The notes: generated by a model from the letters alone, not told the origin. Positions 37,109 to 46,831 are shown, numbered from the stretch's first letter. The stretch: 50,666 bases of DNA from an uncultured Oscillospiraceae bacterium (GCA_964468565.1 CAYXVN010000001.1:1-50666); one strand, 5' to 3'. Program-made: numbers and translations.

Positions 37109-38263
37109 TCAGTATTTCGCGCAGACCGGGGCATTGGCCTTGGCAGAGGCCTCATCATACCAGACCAGATTGTTGCCCGTCTCCTTGTCGAAGAGCTGCA
37201 GCAGATCGGCGGGGAAGGAGAAGCTGATCGTCTTCTTCTCACCGCTCATCAGGGCATGATCCAGTCCTACGGTGGAGACGATCAGGACCACCTCATCCCC
37301 CTGGCAGTTGGCATGCAGGTGGAGGGAGGATCCCATCATCTCACTGACTTCCACCGTACCGGAGAGCCCGCCCGCATCCAGCACCACATGATCCGGACGG
37401 ATGCCGGCCACGATGTCGCAGGGCTGCTGATTTTTTGCCTTCAGGGCCTTCTGGTGGGTGTCCGAGAGCTCGAAGTCCCTGCCCTTGATGGAGGCATAGT
37501 ACCGGCCGCCCTTCAGCACCAGTTTGGCATCGTTGAAGAAATTCATCTGGGGCGTGCCGATGAAGCCGGCCACAAAAAGGTTCACCGGGCGGTCGAACAG
37601 TTCCTGGGGGGTGCCGATCTGGTTCACGAAGCCGTCCTTCATGATGACGATCCGGTCTCCCAGTGTCATGGCTTCGGTCTGGTCGTGGGTGACGTATATA
37701 AAGGTAGTGTGGATGCGCTGGCGCAGCTTGATGATCTCAGCCCGCATCTGGTTGCGGAGTTTGGCGTCCAGGTTGGACAGGGGCTCGTCCATCAGCAGCA
37801 CCTTGGGTTCCCGGACGATGGCCCGCCCGATGGCAACCCGCTGCCGCTGGCCGCCGGACAGGGCCTTGGGCTTGCGGTCCAGGTACTGGGTAATGCCCAG
37901 GATCTCCGCGGCCTCGTTGACCTTGCGGTCGATCTCCTCTTTGGGAACCTTCTTCAGCTTCAGGGAGAAGCCGATGTTCTCCCGGACGGTCATGTGGGGG
38001 TAGAGGGCGTAGTTCTGGAAGACCATGGCGATGTCCCGGTCCTTGGGGGCCACATCGTTGCAGCGCTTGTCGCCGATGTACAGGTCGCCCTCGGAGATCT
38101 CCTCCAGACCGGCTATCATGCGCAGGGTGGTGGACTTGCCGCAGCCGGAGGGGCCTACCAGGACGATGAACTCCTGGTCCTTGATGTCAATGTTGACATC
38201 GTGAACGGCGGTCACCTTGTTGTCGTAGATCTTTTTCAGACCCTTGATTGTCACACTTGCCAT
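37109..38263 (-). CDS. CUT1 sugar ABC ATP-binding protein (UgpC/MsmX-like)
   Basis: GPSGCGKST, VFQNYALYPH, LSGGQ, MDEPLSNLD, YVTHDQ; C-terminal TOBE region. Confidence 0.95.
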   Translation of the reverse strand: MASVTIKGLKKIYDNKVTAVHDVNIDIKDQEFIVLVGPSGCGKSTTLRMIAGLEEISEGDLYIGDKRCNDVAPKDRDIAMVFQNYALYPHMTVRENIGFSLKLKKVPKEEIDRKVNEAAEILGITQYLDRKPKALSGGQRQRVAIGRAIVREPKVLLMDEPLSNLDAKLRNQMRAEIIKLRQRIHTTFIYVTHDQTEAMTLGDRIVIMKDGFVNQIGTPQELFDRPVNLFVAGFIGTPQMNFFNDAKLVLKGGRYYASIKGRDFELSDTHQKALKAKNQQPCDIVAGIRPDHVVLDAGGLSGTVEVSEMMGSSLHLHANCQGDEVVLIVSTVGLDHALMSGEKKTISFSFPADLLQLFDKETGNNLVWYDEASAKANAPVCAKY

Positions 38264-38506
38264 CTGTTCTGGCTCTGATGACCGGGCCTCCGCCCGGACA
38301 CCTTGCACCGGTCCCCAGGACCGGACTGCATTACGGCAGGTCTCCACACTGCCGCACCGCGAGCCTGGCGGTGGATCTGACCTCCTTCAGAATGTACGCC
38401 GTCCATGAGGTGGAGTGGAGCGGCGCCATGGGAATGACCCCGGGCGGCCGGATGGGGCCACCACAGGGAACGGGCACTGAAATGCCCGGGCAGGTTGTGA
38501 AGTCTG

Positions 38507-39391
38507 TTATTTTTCCCCGGTCCGGAAGGACTCCAGGCGCCGGATGAGGTACTCCCCCACCGAGACGCTAAGGCGGAGGGCATCCGGTACCAGGTCCATG
38601 GGCATGGTGAGCAGGTAGTGCTGCAGTTCGTAGGCAAAGGCTCCGGAGTAGTGAATGTCTGCCAAGGCGTGGAGGACATCATCCCAGTCCACGAAGCCGC
38701 AGTAGGGCAGGATGTGGATGTTTTTCGCCCCGGTCTCATCGGAAATGTGGGTTGCCTTCAGATGGCTGCCCAGAAGCCGGATCGCGGCGCCCTGGTCCAG
38801 CCCCTCAATGCTTCCGTGTTCCGCGTCCCAGCAGGCTCCTACGTTTTCTGCGTCAATCCGCTCGATCAGTTCCAGCAGTTCCTCTGCCTGGATGGCAAAG
38901 CGGGGAACTCCCTGGGCAGCCTTTCCCCACATGTTCTCGATGGCGATGCCTACGTTCCACCGCCCCGCCTCGTCCGACAGGCGCCGGAAGTAGGCCACGT
39001 TCCGCTCCATGGTGGAGGGATCCAGGCCGTTTTCTCCGACCAGAGAGGCCGGGTGCATCACCATCCAGGGGGCTCCCAGCATGGCGGTGCCCCGGATGCA
39101 GCGCAGATTCAGTTCCTCCTGCCAGGGATCGATCCCGTTGCAGAAGTTATAAATCCCGCAGTGCGTCTGAGAGAAGCAGAGACCGGATTTCTGTGCCAGT
39201 TCCAGGTTTTCTGACAGGAATGTCTGCCAGTTGTCCCCGAGGAAGGCCGTTTTGCCGAAGATCTGATCCACGAAGCAGAAATCCAGTTCCCGATATCCGG
39301 CCTGGGCACACAGGCGGATACTCTCTTCCACGGGGATGCGGGTCCCGTCGGCCCGCTCGAAAAGGATATTGGTTGAGGTACAAAGATTCAT
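38507..39391 (-). CDS. Sugar phosphate isomerase/epimerase (xylose-isomerase-like TIM barrel)
   Basis: IENM, CWDAEH, THISD, YE metal-ligand pattern. Confidence 0.85.
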   Translation of the reverse strand: MNLCTSTNILFERADGTRIPVEESIRLCAQAGYRELDFCFVDQIFGKTAFLGDNWQTFLSENLELAQKSGLCFSQTHCGIYNFCNGIDPWQEELNLRCIRGTAMLGAPWMVMHPASLVGENGLDPSTMERNVAYFRRLSDEAGRWNVGIAIENMWGKAAQGVPRFAIQAEELLELIERIDAENVGACWDAEHGSIEGLDQGAAIRLLGSHLKATHISDETGAKNIHILPYCGFVDWDDVLHALADIHYSGAFAYELQHYLLTMPMDLVPDALRLSVSVGEYLIRRLESFRTGEK

Positions 39392-40179
39392 GCCGCACCC
39401 TCCCCCAGACAGAACCGGCGGACAGCCTCGATCACGCCGTCCGTGTTGCTCCTCGTACAGACATAGTCTGCCGCAGCCTTGGCTGCAGGGGTGCCGTTGG
39501 CAACCACCGCCCCGATTCCTGCCGCCTGCAGCATACGGATATCGTTCTCATTATCGCCCACTGCCAGAACCTGGGACAGAGGAATGCCATAGCGGGCTGC
39601 ATAGCGCTCCATGGCGGCAGCCTTGTGTACCCCCTTCACGGCGATCTCGCAGCCGGTGTCCTCATAGCGGACAATTTCATACCCGTCAGTCAGGGCATCC
39701 ATCAGAGGAAACAGATCCCGAAACTCCGCCCGGTGAGAGCCGGAGATGATATTCACCTTATCTGCCAGGAGGGTGTCCCACTGGCGCTGTTCCGGCCAGT
39801 GAATGGTATAATTCCGGATCCGGGTCCAGTCGGTCTCCGTCATGGCGAACTCCTTCCCCTCTGAGGAGCACAGCACCGTCATGCCGGCGGTGGCTGCCCG
39901 TGTCAGCAGGGGCTGCAGCCGGGCGATGGACATGGGGTACCGTTCCAGCACGGTATCCCCCAGGTGAAGGGCTGCCCCGTTGCAGGTGATGATGGGGATA
40001 TGCACGGCGGCGCGCTTTGCAAACCGCTCCGCTGCATACCAGGGTCGTCCAGTAATAAAGGTAAACAGGATCCCCTTCTGTTCCAGTTCTGCGATCAGGC
40101 TGACGGCCTCATCGGAGATGTGCCGGTCCGGATCCAGAAGCGTTCCGTCCAGATCGGTGAGTACCAGGCGTATGGACAT
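39388..40179 (-). CDS. Cof-type HAD-IIB phosphatase
   Basis: DLDGTLL, ITGR, CNGA, HK, GDNENDIRM; AAAGGAGG RBS before ATG 40179. Confidence 0.92.
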   Translation of the reverse strand: MSIRLVLTDLDGTLLDPDRHISDEAVSLIAELEQKGILFTFITGRPWYAAERFAKRAAVHIPIITCNGAALHLGDTVLERYPMSIARLQPLLTRAATAGMTVLCSSEGKEFAMTETDWTRIRNYTIHWPEQRQWDTLLADKVNIISGSHRAEFRDLFPLMDALTDGYEIVRYEDTGCEIAVKGVHKAAAMERYAARYGIPLSQVLAVGDNENDIRMLQAAGIGAVVANGTPAAKAAADYVCTRSNTDGVIEAVRRFCLGEGAA

Positions 40180-40290
40180 GGGCATCCTCCTTTCCGTTTC
40201 AGGTGAGAACCGGGGCGGAGAGCGCCCCGGTTCCCGACTGGTGTCTCTCCCCGGTTCGTTCCGGGGCGAGACGGTCTTCACCTGCTGCAC

Positions 40291-41703
40291 TCAGCTGTTG
40301 GCCTCGTGCCACTCATCCAGCAGCTGGTTGCAGTCGCCCACAATTTTGTCCACAGCCTGGTCCACAGACAGTTCTCCGTCACAGAACTGCCGCATGGCAT
40401 CGGTGATGACACCGTCGATCTCGTTGTAGGTCAGGTCCATGGGCTCCTGGGCGTTGGCGGGGGCATTCATGACAATGTCGAATGCCGTCTTATACTGGGG
40501 GGAGGCCTCCCAGAAGGACTTCATCTCGTCCAGGTCGGCGGTCTCTTTGTTGGTGGGGACATAGCCGGACTTGGTGGAGATCCGGTACTGGGAGTCCGGG
40601 GTGCTCAGGTACTGAACAAAGTCCCATGCTCCCTTCAGACGGTCCTCATCGCCCCGGTCAAAGACGATCAGGGTGCTGCCGCCTACCGCGGAGCTTCCGG
40701 TATCCTCTGCGCTGACCTTGGGGATGGCAGTGGTGCCCCATTCGAAGGAGTCACCCACCAGGCCCTCAACGTTTGTCACCTTGGAGGAGGAGAAGAGGGC
40801 CATGGCAGCTGTCTGGCTGGCAAATTCCTCAGCCACAACGCCCTCCACATACTGATAGCCGCCGGTTTTCACAAGCTGATCCCATTTATCCAGGAATGCT
40901 TTCAGGGTACCGTTCTCCCCGGCCACGATCTTCGTCATGGCTCCGCTGCGGCCGCTGTCCAGGTCGCCGAAGTAGGAATCGGGGGACTGGGAGCAGATGT
41001 AGTTCACCAGCTGATACCGCTTCACCTGGCACTCAAATCCGTAGCGGGATACTGCACCGGAAGCATCCTTTGTGGTCAGAGCAGTTGTGTATTCGATCAG
41101 TTCATCCAGAGTGGTGGGTGGTCCGTCCAGACCGGCATCGTCCAGGAGAGTCTTGTTGTAGTAGAGCAGAAGCGTGGAGTTCAGGAAGGGGAGGCCCACC
41201 ATTTTGCCGCTGTAGGTGACAGACTGCTGCAGTGCCTCCGGGAAGACACTCTTGTCCACCCAGCTACCGTACTTCTCATAGAGATCGTCCACCGGAACGG
41301 TCCAGCCCAGCTCCAGCATGCTGGGAATTGTGGAGGTCAGGCCCACGTTGATGTCACAGGCATTCTCGGTGTCCTTGGTCTGATAGGCCAGGATCTGCTT
41401 ATCCGTGCCGTCATAGCCCTGGTACACCGCCTCGACCTCAACGCCCTGCTCGGCGCCGCGGCCGCTGTTGTACTCGTCGACGATCTTCAGCAGTTCGTCC
41501 CCCACATCGCCGGAGAGGCTGTGCCAGAAGACAACCTTGGTCTTTCCGCCGGAGCTGCCGCCGCCGGAGCCTCCGGAAGTTGCAGTGCTGCCGGAGCCGC
41601 TGCTGCCCCCGGAACTGCCACCGGAGCTGCCACCGCCGCCGCCGCAGGCGACCAGACTCAGGCCCATGGCGAGGGTGAGCAGGAGAGCAAGAATTCTTTT
41701 CAT
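40291..41703 (-). CDS. ABC extracellular solute-binding lipoprotein (UgpB-like)
   Basis: Lipobox LVAC, G/S linker, VFWHS, LPFLNSTLLLYYNK, GAWDFVQYL, SGYVP. Confidence 0.9.
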   Translation of the reverse strand: MKRILALLLTLAMGLSLVACGGGGGSSGGSSGGSSGSGSTATSGGSGGGSSGGKTKVVFWHSLSGDVGDELLKIVDEYNSGRGAEQGVEVEAVYQGYDGTDKQILAYQTKDTENACDINVGLTSTIPSMLELGWTVPVDDLYEKYGSWVDKSVFPEALQQSVTYSGKMVGLPFLNSTLLLYYNKTLLDDAGLDGPPTTLDELIEYTTALTTKDASGAVSRYGFECQVKRYQLVNYICSQSPDSYFGDLDSGRSGAMTKIVAGENGTLKAFLDKWDQLVKTGGYQYVEGVVAEEFASQTAAMALFSSSKVTNVEGLVGDSFEWGTTAIPKVSAEDTGSSAVGGSTLIVFDRGDEDRLKGAWDFVQYLSTPDSQYRISTKSGYVPTNKETADLDEMKSFWEASPQYKTAFDIVMNAPANAQEPMDLTYNEIDGVITDAMRQFCDGELSVDQAVDKIVGDCNQLLDEWHEANS

Positions 41704-41852
41704 TGAAAATCCTCCTTTTTGTGTTTGGTTCTCCGGTGCCCGCAGGAAGAAGAGGCAGCTGCCAGCTGCAGTGGCCCTCTTTTTCCCACGGACAGACCGG
41801 AAGAGGGAAATGGATCAGGGAACTGAGACCGTCAGGGCAGATACCGTGGGGA

Positions 41853-42707
41853 TCAGCCCTTGACGGCACCGGCCATCATGCCTTCCGTAATCTTCCTCTG
41901 GAACAGGACGAAGACCAGCACGGAGGGGATCAGAATGATTACCGCCGCAGCCATGACCTGTCCGTACTGAGAATTCAGTTCAGAGGAGTTCAGCATGGTG
42001 ATGACAACCTGAACCGTACGCATCTCGTTCTTGTTTGTCACCATCAGGGGCCACAGGTAGGTGGTCCAGACATTGACGAAGGAGGAGATGAAGACGGTTG
42101 CCAGAACGGGGGCGGACATGGGAATGAGGATCTTCCAGAAGAAGCGGAGGCTCCCGCAGCCATCCACCAGGGCAGCATCCCGGACATCTTTCGGGTAGTT
42201 CATGAAATGCTGTCGGATCAGGAAGATGTTTGCTCCGGACACCAGGTAGATGATCATCATGCCGGGATAGGTGTTGATCAGACCCAGTTCAGCGGTTGTG
42301 AAGTAATTCTGCACCATCAGCATCTCGGCCGGGACAATCATGGAGCCCAGGACCAGAAGGAACAGAATGTTCTTGCCGCGAAAGTTGAAGAACGTGAAGG
42401 AGTAGGCTGCCAGGCAGCTGGTCACGACACGGCACAGGCTGGAGACAAATGCGACAATGAAGGAGTTGAGCATGTAGCGGAAGATCTTCGTCTGTGTGAT
42501 CACGGCAATGTAGTTCCCCAGGTAGAGCTTGTTGGGCAGAAGGTGGAGATCCGTGGAGACGATCTCAGACTCCTCCATGAAGGAGCAGGCCACGCAGTAG
42601 AGGACAGGAATCATCAGGACCAGGCCGAGAATGATGCAGAAGGCCTGAAGGAGAAAGCTCAGGAACGCGTCGCGGCGCTTCTTTTTCTCAGATGCGGCTA
42701 AAGTCAT
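41853..42707 (-). CDS. Carbohydrate ABC permease (UgpE-like)
   Basis: EAA-like loop DAALVDGC, YLWPLMV, FQRKITEGMMAGAVKG. Confidence 0.92.
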   Translation of the reverse strand: MTLAASEKKKRRDAFLSFLLQAFCIILGLVLMIPVLYCVACSFMEESEIVSTDLHLLPNKLYLGNYIAVITQTKIFRYMLNSFIVAFVSSLCRVVTSCLAAYSFTFFNFRGKNILFLLVLGSMIVPAEMLMVQNYFTTAELGLINTYPGMMIIYLVSGANIFLIRQHFMNYPKDVRDAALVDGCGSLRFFWKILIPMSAPVLATVFISSFVNVWTTYLWPLMVTNKNEMRTVQVVITMLNSSELNSQYGQVMAAAVIILIPSVLVFVLFQRKITEGMMAGAVKG

Positions 42708-43576
42708 GCGTAGTACACCTTCTTCTTTTCCATAATCAGACTCAGGGATATCAGGATTGCGGAAATCACAAAGCCCACCATGGTAGCCGAAAAAGCGTAG
42801 TTGTAGTTGGTACTGGTGATGGCCTTGCTGTAGATGTAGGTGATGATGGTCTGGGTCGCACCGTTGGGCCCGCCTCCGGTCAGGATCAGGGTATAGCTGG
42901 AGACCGTCATGCCGTAGGCGATGTCCTTCAGCAGCAGGAAGAAGACCATGGGGGAGACCAGGGGGAGAATGACCTTGGTGTGGAGCCGCAGGCCCGTGCA
43001 GCCGTCCAGCGCGGCACTCTCCAGGACCTCCGGCGAGAGACCTCGCAGGGACGAGAGCATGAACAGGAAGTTGTAGCCGATGTTGTGCCAGATCTGAATG
43101 ATCATCAGACTGAGGAGGGCCAGCTTTGGATCACCCAGCCAGTCGATATGGGTACCCAGGACCTTGTTGATCACACCCAGCTGGGTGTTGTACATCAGCT
43201 GGAAGATCACGGCGATGACGGAGTCCGAGGTGGCCATGGAGAGGGCGAACAGCACCTCGTACACGATGGACGCCTTGCGCTTCTTACGTGCCAGGACCGC
43301 AAGGAAGTAGGCGATCACCATGGATACCGGCACGGTAACCAGCACGTAGATGAAGGTGTTTCCGACCGCCTGCCAGAAGTCCGGGTCCGTCAGCACCCTC
43401 TCGTAGTTCCGGAGTCCCGCAAACTCGCGGATTTCCCGGAACTGGTTGACAATGTTGAGGCTGAGCCACCCGTTCTTGACGAAGGGGTAGTACACGAACC
43501 CGATCAGAAAGATGAAGGCAGGGACCAGATACAGGTACGGCTCCAATTTCTTGATCAGTTTGTTCTGTTCTTTCAT
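42704..43576 (-). CDS. Carbohydrate ABC permease (UgpA-like)
   Basis: ESAALDGC loop, LTGGGP, six TM segments. Confidence 0.92.
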   Translation of the reverse strand: MKEQNKLIKKLEPYLYLVPAFIFLIGFVYYPFVKNGWLSLNIVNQFREIREFAGLRNYERVLTDPDFWQAVGNTFIYVLVTVPVSMVIAYFLAVLARKKRKASIVYEVLFALSMATSDSVIAVIFQLMYNTQLGVINKVLGTHIDWLGDPKLALLSLMIIQIWHNIGYNFLFMLSSLRGLSPEVLESAALDGCTGLRLHTKVILPLVSPMVFFLLLKDIAYGMTVSSYTLILTGGGPNGATQTIITYIYSKAITSTNYNYAFSATMVGFVISAILISLSLIMEKKKVYYA

Positions 43577-43608
43577 CGTTGCCTCCTTTCAAGTTTGCCT
43601 GCGTTTGT

Positions 43609-44595
43609 TCACCCCAGCAGTTCCGGGATGTGTCCGAGCTTTCCGATCAGTTCACAGGCGACGTTGTCCCGCTTGATGCTGTACACGTACCGGATCATCG
43701 GTCGGCGGGGATCAAAGGAGTACTGCCAGTCGTAGGTGATGCAGGGCCTCTGCTCCAGGCGGTCCAGCATGAAGTCACCGTTCAGCAGCCAGGCGATGGG
43801 GAGCACATCCAGGATCTGGCGGCTCCAGGTGGGCTTGTCTGTGATCAGGCGGGCCTCATCCCGGGTGCGGTCGAGAATGTAGTCGCAGAAGGGACTGCGG
43901 CCCCGCAGCCAGTACTCCAGTTCCACCCCGGACAGCGCAAAGGAATATCCCACGCCCCGCCCCGGGATCAGGACAATGGCGGTATCGCTCTGCAGCAGAA
44001 CACGGGTGGCCGCAACATCCTGGCAGCCGTTGAAGCATTTGGCATCCGGCCAGTCCATTGCCACCCCTCCGTCCCAGACCACCACGATGCGGTTCTGAAT
44101 TTCAGGCTCCAGAAGCAGGGCAGAGGCGATGTTGGTGGGGGCACAGATGCAGGCCACATACAGTGGATCCTCCGGGGTATGTTCCATGGCGAGATCGATG
44201 AGCGTTCTTGCCGCCTCGGAGTCGGAGGGGGTCCTCTCGTCCGCCAGGAACTCCCTGGCCCCCCGGTGAACCAGACCGCTCAGCTCTGTATGGCCGGAGA
44301 GCTCCAGTACTTTCAGGATCTCCTGATAGCTGCGCTCCATGCCATCCTCCGCGCTCTCCGAGTGGTGGTTGTGGAAGGGAGCGGCTGAAATGCTGCGCAC
44401 GTGGAGCTTGTCCTGGGACTCTGCCAGAAAGACCAGAGCATACTGGTCATCGATCTCATTGTAGGTATCCGTGTCCAGCACCACATCCACAGGGCCTTTG
44501 GGGGCGCGGAGCCTCCGGATCACGGCGGCATAGCGCTCCAGGTTGTCGTCGACGCAGTAATTGGAATTGAGCTGCTCAAAGAGTATTTTTGCCAT
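43609..44595 (-). CDS. Inosine-uridine-preferring family nucleoside hydrolase
   Basis: N-terminal DTDTYNEIDD Ca-binding motif, APTNIA, FNGCQD. Confidence 0.88.
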   Translation of the reverse strand: MAKILFEQLNSNYCVDDNLERYAAVIRRLRAPKGPVDVVLDTDTYNEIDDQYALVFLAESQDKLHVRSISAAPFHNHHSESAEDGMERSYQEILKVLELSGHTELSGLVHRGAREFLADERTPSDSEAARTLIDLAMEHTPEDPLYVACICAPTNIASALLLEPEIQNRIVVVWDGGVAMDWPDAKCFNGCQDVAATRVLLQSDTAIVLIPGRGVGYSFALSGVELEYWLRGRSPFCDYILDRTRDEARLITDKPTWSRQILDVLPIAWLLNGDFMLDRLEQRPCITYDWQYSFDPRRPMIRYVYSIKRDNVACELIGKLGHIPELLG

Positions 44596-44879
44596 TGTGA
44601 ACCCCCTTCAGGAATGAATTGATTCAATTCGCGTGGAAGACTGTCTTAACGTCGTGACAGGAACCCGCTGCTCCAGATTCCCGCAATGCAACAGGAGGAG
44701 GTCCCTGGGGGAGAGTCTGCCTCCGGAACGGGACAGAGGGATGCTGCTGCGACTCCCGGACCCCCGGATTCCGGGGGGAAGTGCAGCCCTGCCACAGGAT
44801 GGCCCGCTGCCTTTGGCTGTTCCTCATCCGCTCCGGCTGCAGCCGGAACGGGATGCCCTGATCCGGTGATCCGCTCTCC

Positions 44880-45611
44880 TCAGGGCGCTGTTGTGGAAAC
44901 CTGCGATACCCTGGCCTGCAGTCGCAGGTACTGCTCCCGGTTCACCAGGATGTGATTTCCCTGGATGGTGAGCATCCCCTCCTCCCGGAACTTCTTCAGA
45001 GAGCGGGAGATGGACTTCCGGCACAGCCCGGTAAAGTCCGAGAGATCCTCCCGGTCCCGGCTGATCTGCAGGACCCCGTCTCTGGCACATTTTCGATAGC
45101 GGTTCACCAGGAGAAGTGCCACCCGGTCGGCCCCCTGCAGAAAAAGAAGGGTCCGTGTTTCCTCCACCATATCCAGAAGGTACTCTCCCACATGCTGACT
45201 CTCCCGCCGCAGTGCGACCAGATCGGAGTCCATCCATCTCCGGAAGTCCTGGGAGGGGATGCGCAGGAAGGTGCAGTGCGTCTGCGCCTGCAGTGTGGTC
45301 TGGTACCGGTCCAGGCGGAGAAAGACCTCCATGCCGCCAAAGGCACACATCCGGCAAAAAAACCTGCAGTCATAGCCAACCCCGTAAATGGGGCAGCCAG
45401 CGGACCGGATGATGCCGTCCACGGCAAAGAAGACCGTATCGGCCGGATCCCCTGCCCGGATCAGGGTGGTCTGCTTCTCCACTTCCTGGAGGCTGCAGGC
45501 ATCCAGCAGCCATGCAGGAGCGGTCCGAAAGTAGTCCTCAAACTCCTCCCGCCTCTCCCGATCCAGTTCCCGGAGCAGCGGGAACCTGACCAGGATCGGG
45601 GTATTTTCCAT
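44880..45611 (-). CDS. Crp/Fnr-family transcriptional regulator (paralog 2)
   Basis: Colinear with paralog 1 (YFRTAPxWLLDxCSLQE, GGMEV, LFLQGxDRVALLLV, LSDFTGLCRKSISRS); AAAGGAGG RBS. Confidence 0.88.
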   Translation of the reverse strand: MENTPILVRFPLLRELDRERREEFEDYFRTAPAWLLDACSLQEVEKQTTLIRAGDPADTVFFAVDGIIRSAGCPIYGVGYDCRFFCRMCAFGGMEVFLRLDRYQTTLQAQTHCTFLRIPSQDFRRWMDSDLVALRRESQHVGEYLLDMVEETRTLLFLQGADRVALLLVNRYRKCARDGVLQISRDREDLSDFTGLCRKSISRSLKKFREEGMLTIQGNHILVNREQYLRLQARVSQVSTTAP

Positions 45612-46090
45612 AGGCGACCCTCCTTTCTTCTGCATGTTGCGCTGTCTTGTCCATCAGGCCCGGCCGGATGGCGGGGATCTGCCCCTTCAGGTCCCAGAGG
45701 GATGGGATCGGGACCTCCTGCCGGGTGCCCTGCCAGGGTCTGTGCGCTGCGGGGGAGAGTTTCATGCCGGATTTCCGTTTCTTCCCGGTATTCAGAGGAA
45801 AAAAATAGTGAAATCAGTAGAAACCAGCTGAATTATAGTATAGCAAACATAAAAGCCATAATCTGTAATTCAGGGGTGCAGCGTGGGACCCTGATCCGGA
45901 GCATGCACCGCTCCAGCAGGCCTGTGGTACGGCTTCTGTCAGCCTCCGCTGCAGCACGGACCGGGACGCCTCCCGGAAGATTCCCGATGTCCTGGCCATG
46001 TACCGGAATAAACCGGTCAAACTTGGCTAGACAGGCAGTACTGCTAATCGAATACACAAAATCCGGAAACTGGGAACCGGTTCTAGAGTA

Positions 46091-46183
46091 ATTATAGCCC
46101 TCCCCGGGAAAAAGGGAAGGGACTGGAGTCCCTGATCAAAAATTTTTTTGTGTATTTTGACACCAAAAGGGACTGGAGTCCCT
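46091..46183 (-). promoter_or_regulatory. Promoter with two identical AGGGACTGGAGTCCCT palindromes
   Basis: TATAAT 46091-46096; sites at 46118-46133 and 46168-46183. Confidence 0.75.
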
Positions 46184-46704
46184 CATTCTCCGACAGTTCT
46201 GCCAGTCAGGAACCAATATGCGGCAGATCTCCGGCCGTATCGGCAAGTTCCTCTGACCATCTCGGACATGATTGCTGTGAGACGATGATATGGAACTGTG
46301 CCGCAGTTCCGGGTCTGTGTTCCGTCCGGGGAATGCCGGACAGAGAACTCATGTCGGGAGTTGTCTCTCCCGCCCACAGCCACATGCCAGGTTGCCAGGC
46401 CCTCAGGTGACGGGGACGTGCTCCGGACCCGGCCTGGAGAAGACGGATTCCCTCCGGACTGTGAGCGGCGCACCCGATCACGGTCTGCTCACCTGTGACG
46501 GCTGCGCGAAAGGGGGGCAACGCCGCTGCAGCCAGGAGGCGGACTGGCGGTTCCAGGGCGCGGGGAGATCCTCTGCAAGGAGGGGGGAATGGAGTGGAAC
46601 AGTATACTCCCCTTCAGGGGCCACTTCCGGGATTTGTGGGGCCTCCTGCAGATTCTCCCCCCCCGCTGAAGCGAGCTGCAGTTGGTCTGCACCCTGCAGG
46701 ATGC

Positions 46705-46831
46705 AAGAAAAAAGGGTCCCCCAGACAGCCAGACGGTCTGAGGGACCCTTTATATAAAGGTAGGAGCATGTTCCGATGCACCGATGGGTGAACGGATGTG
46801 ACAGCCGGTGTGGGGGGATCGGGCTGCCCGG
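46705..46831. repeat. Dispersed ~125 bp repeat, copy B
   Basis: Same orientation as 32295-32418. Confidence 0.85.

Noticed and set aside
41548-41645. GGC/AGC repeats in the SBP gene
   Set aside because: Ordinary Gly/Ser lipoprotein linker.
46118-46183. Two identical 16-bp repeats 50 bp apart as a mini-CRISPR
   Set aside because: Only two short copies, no cas genes; position relative to the -10 fits operators.
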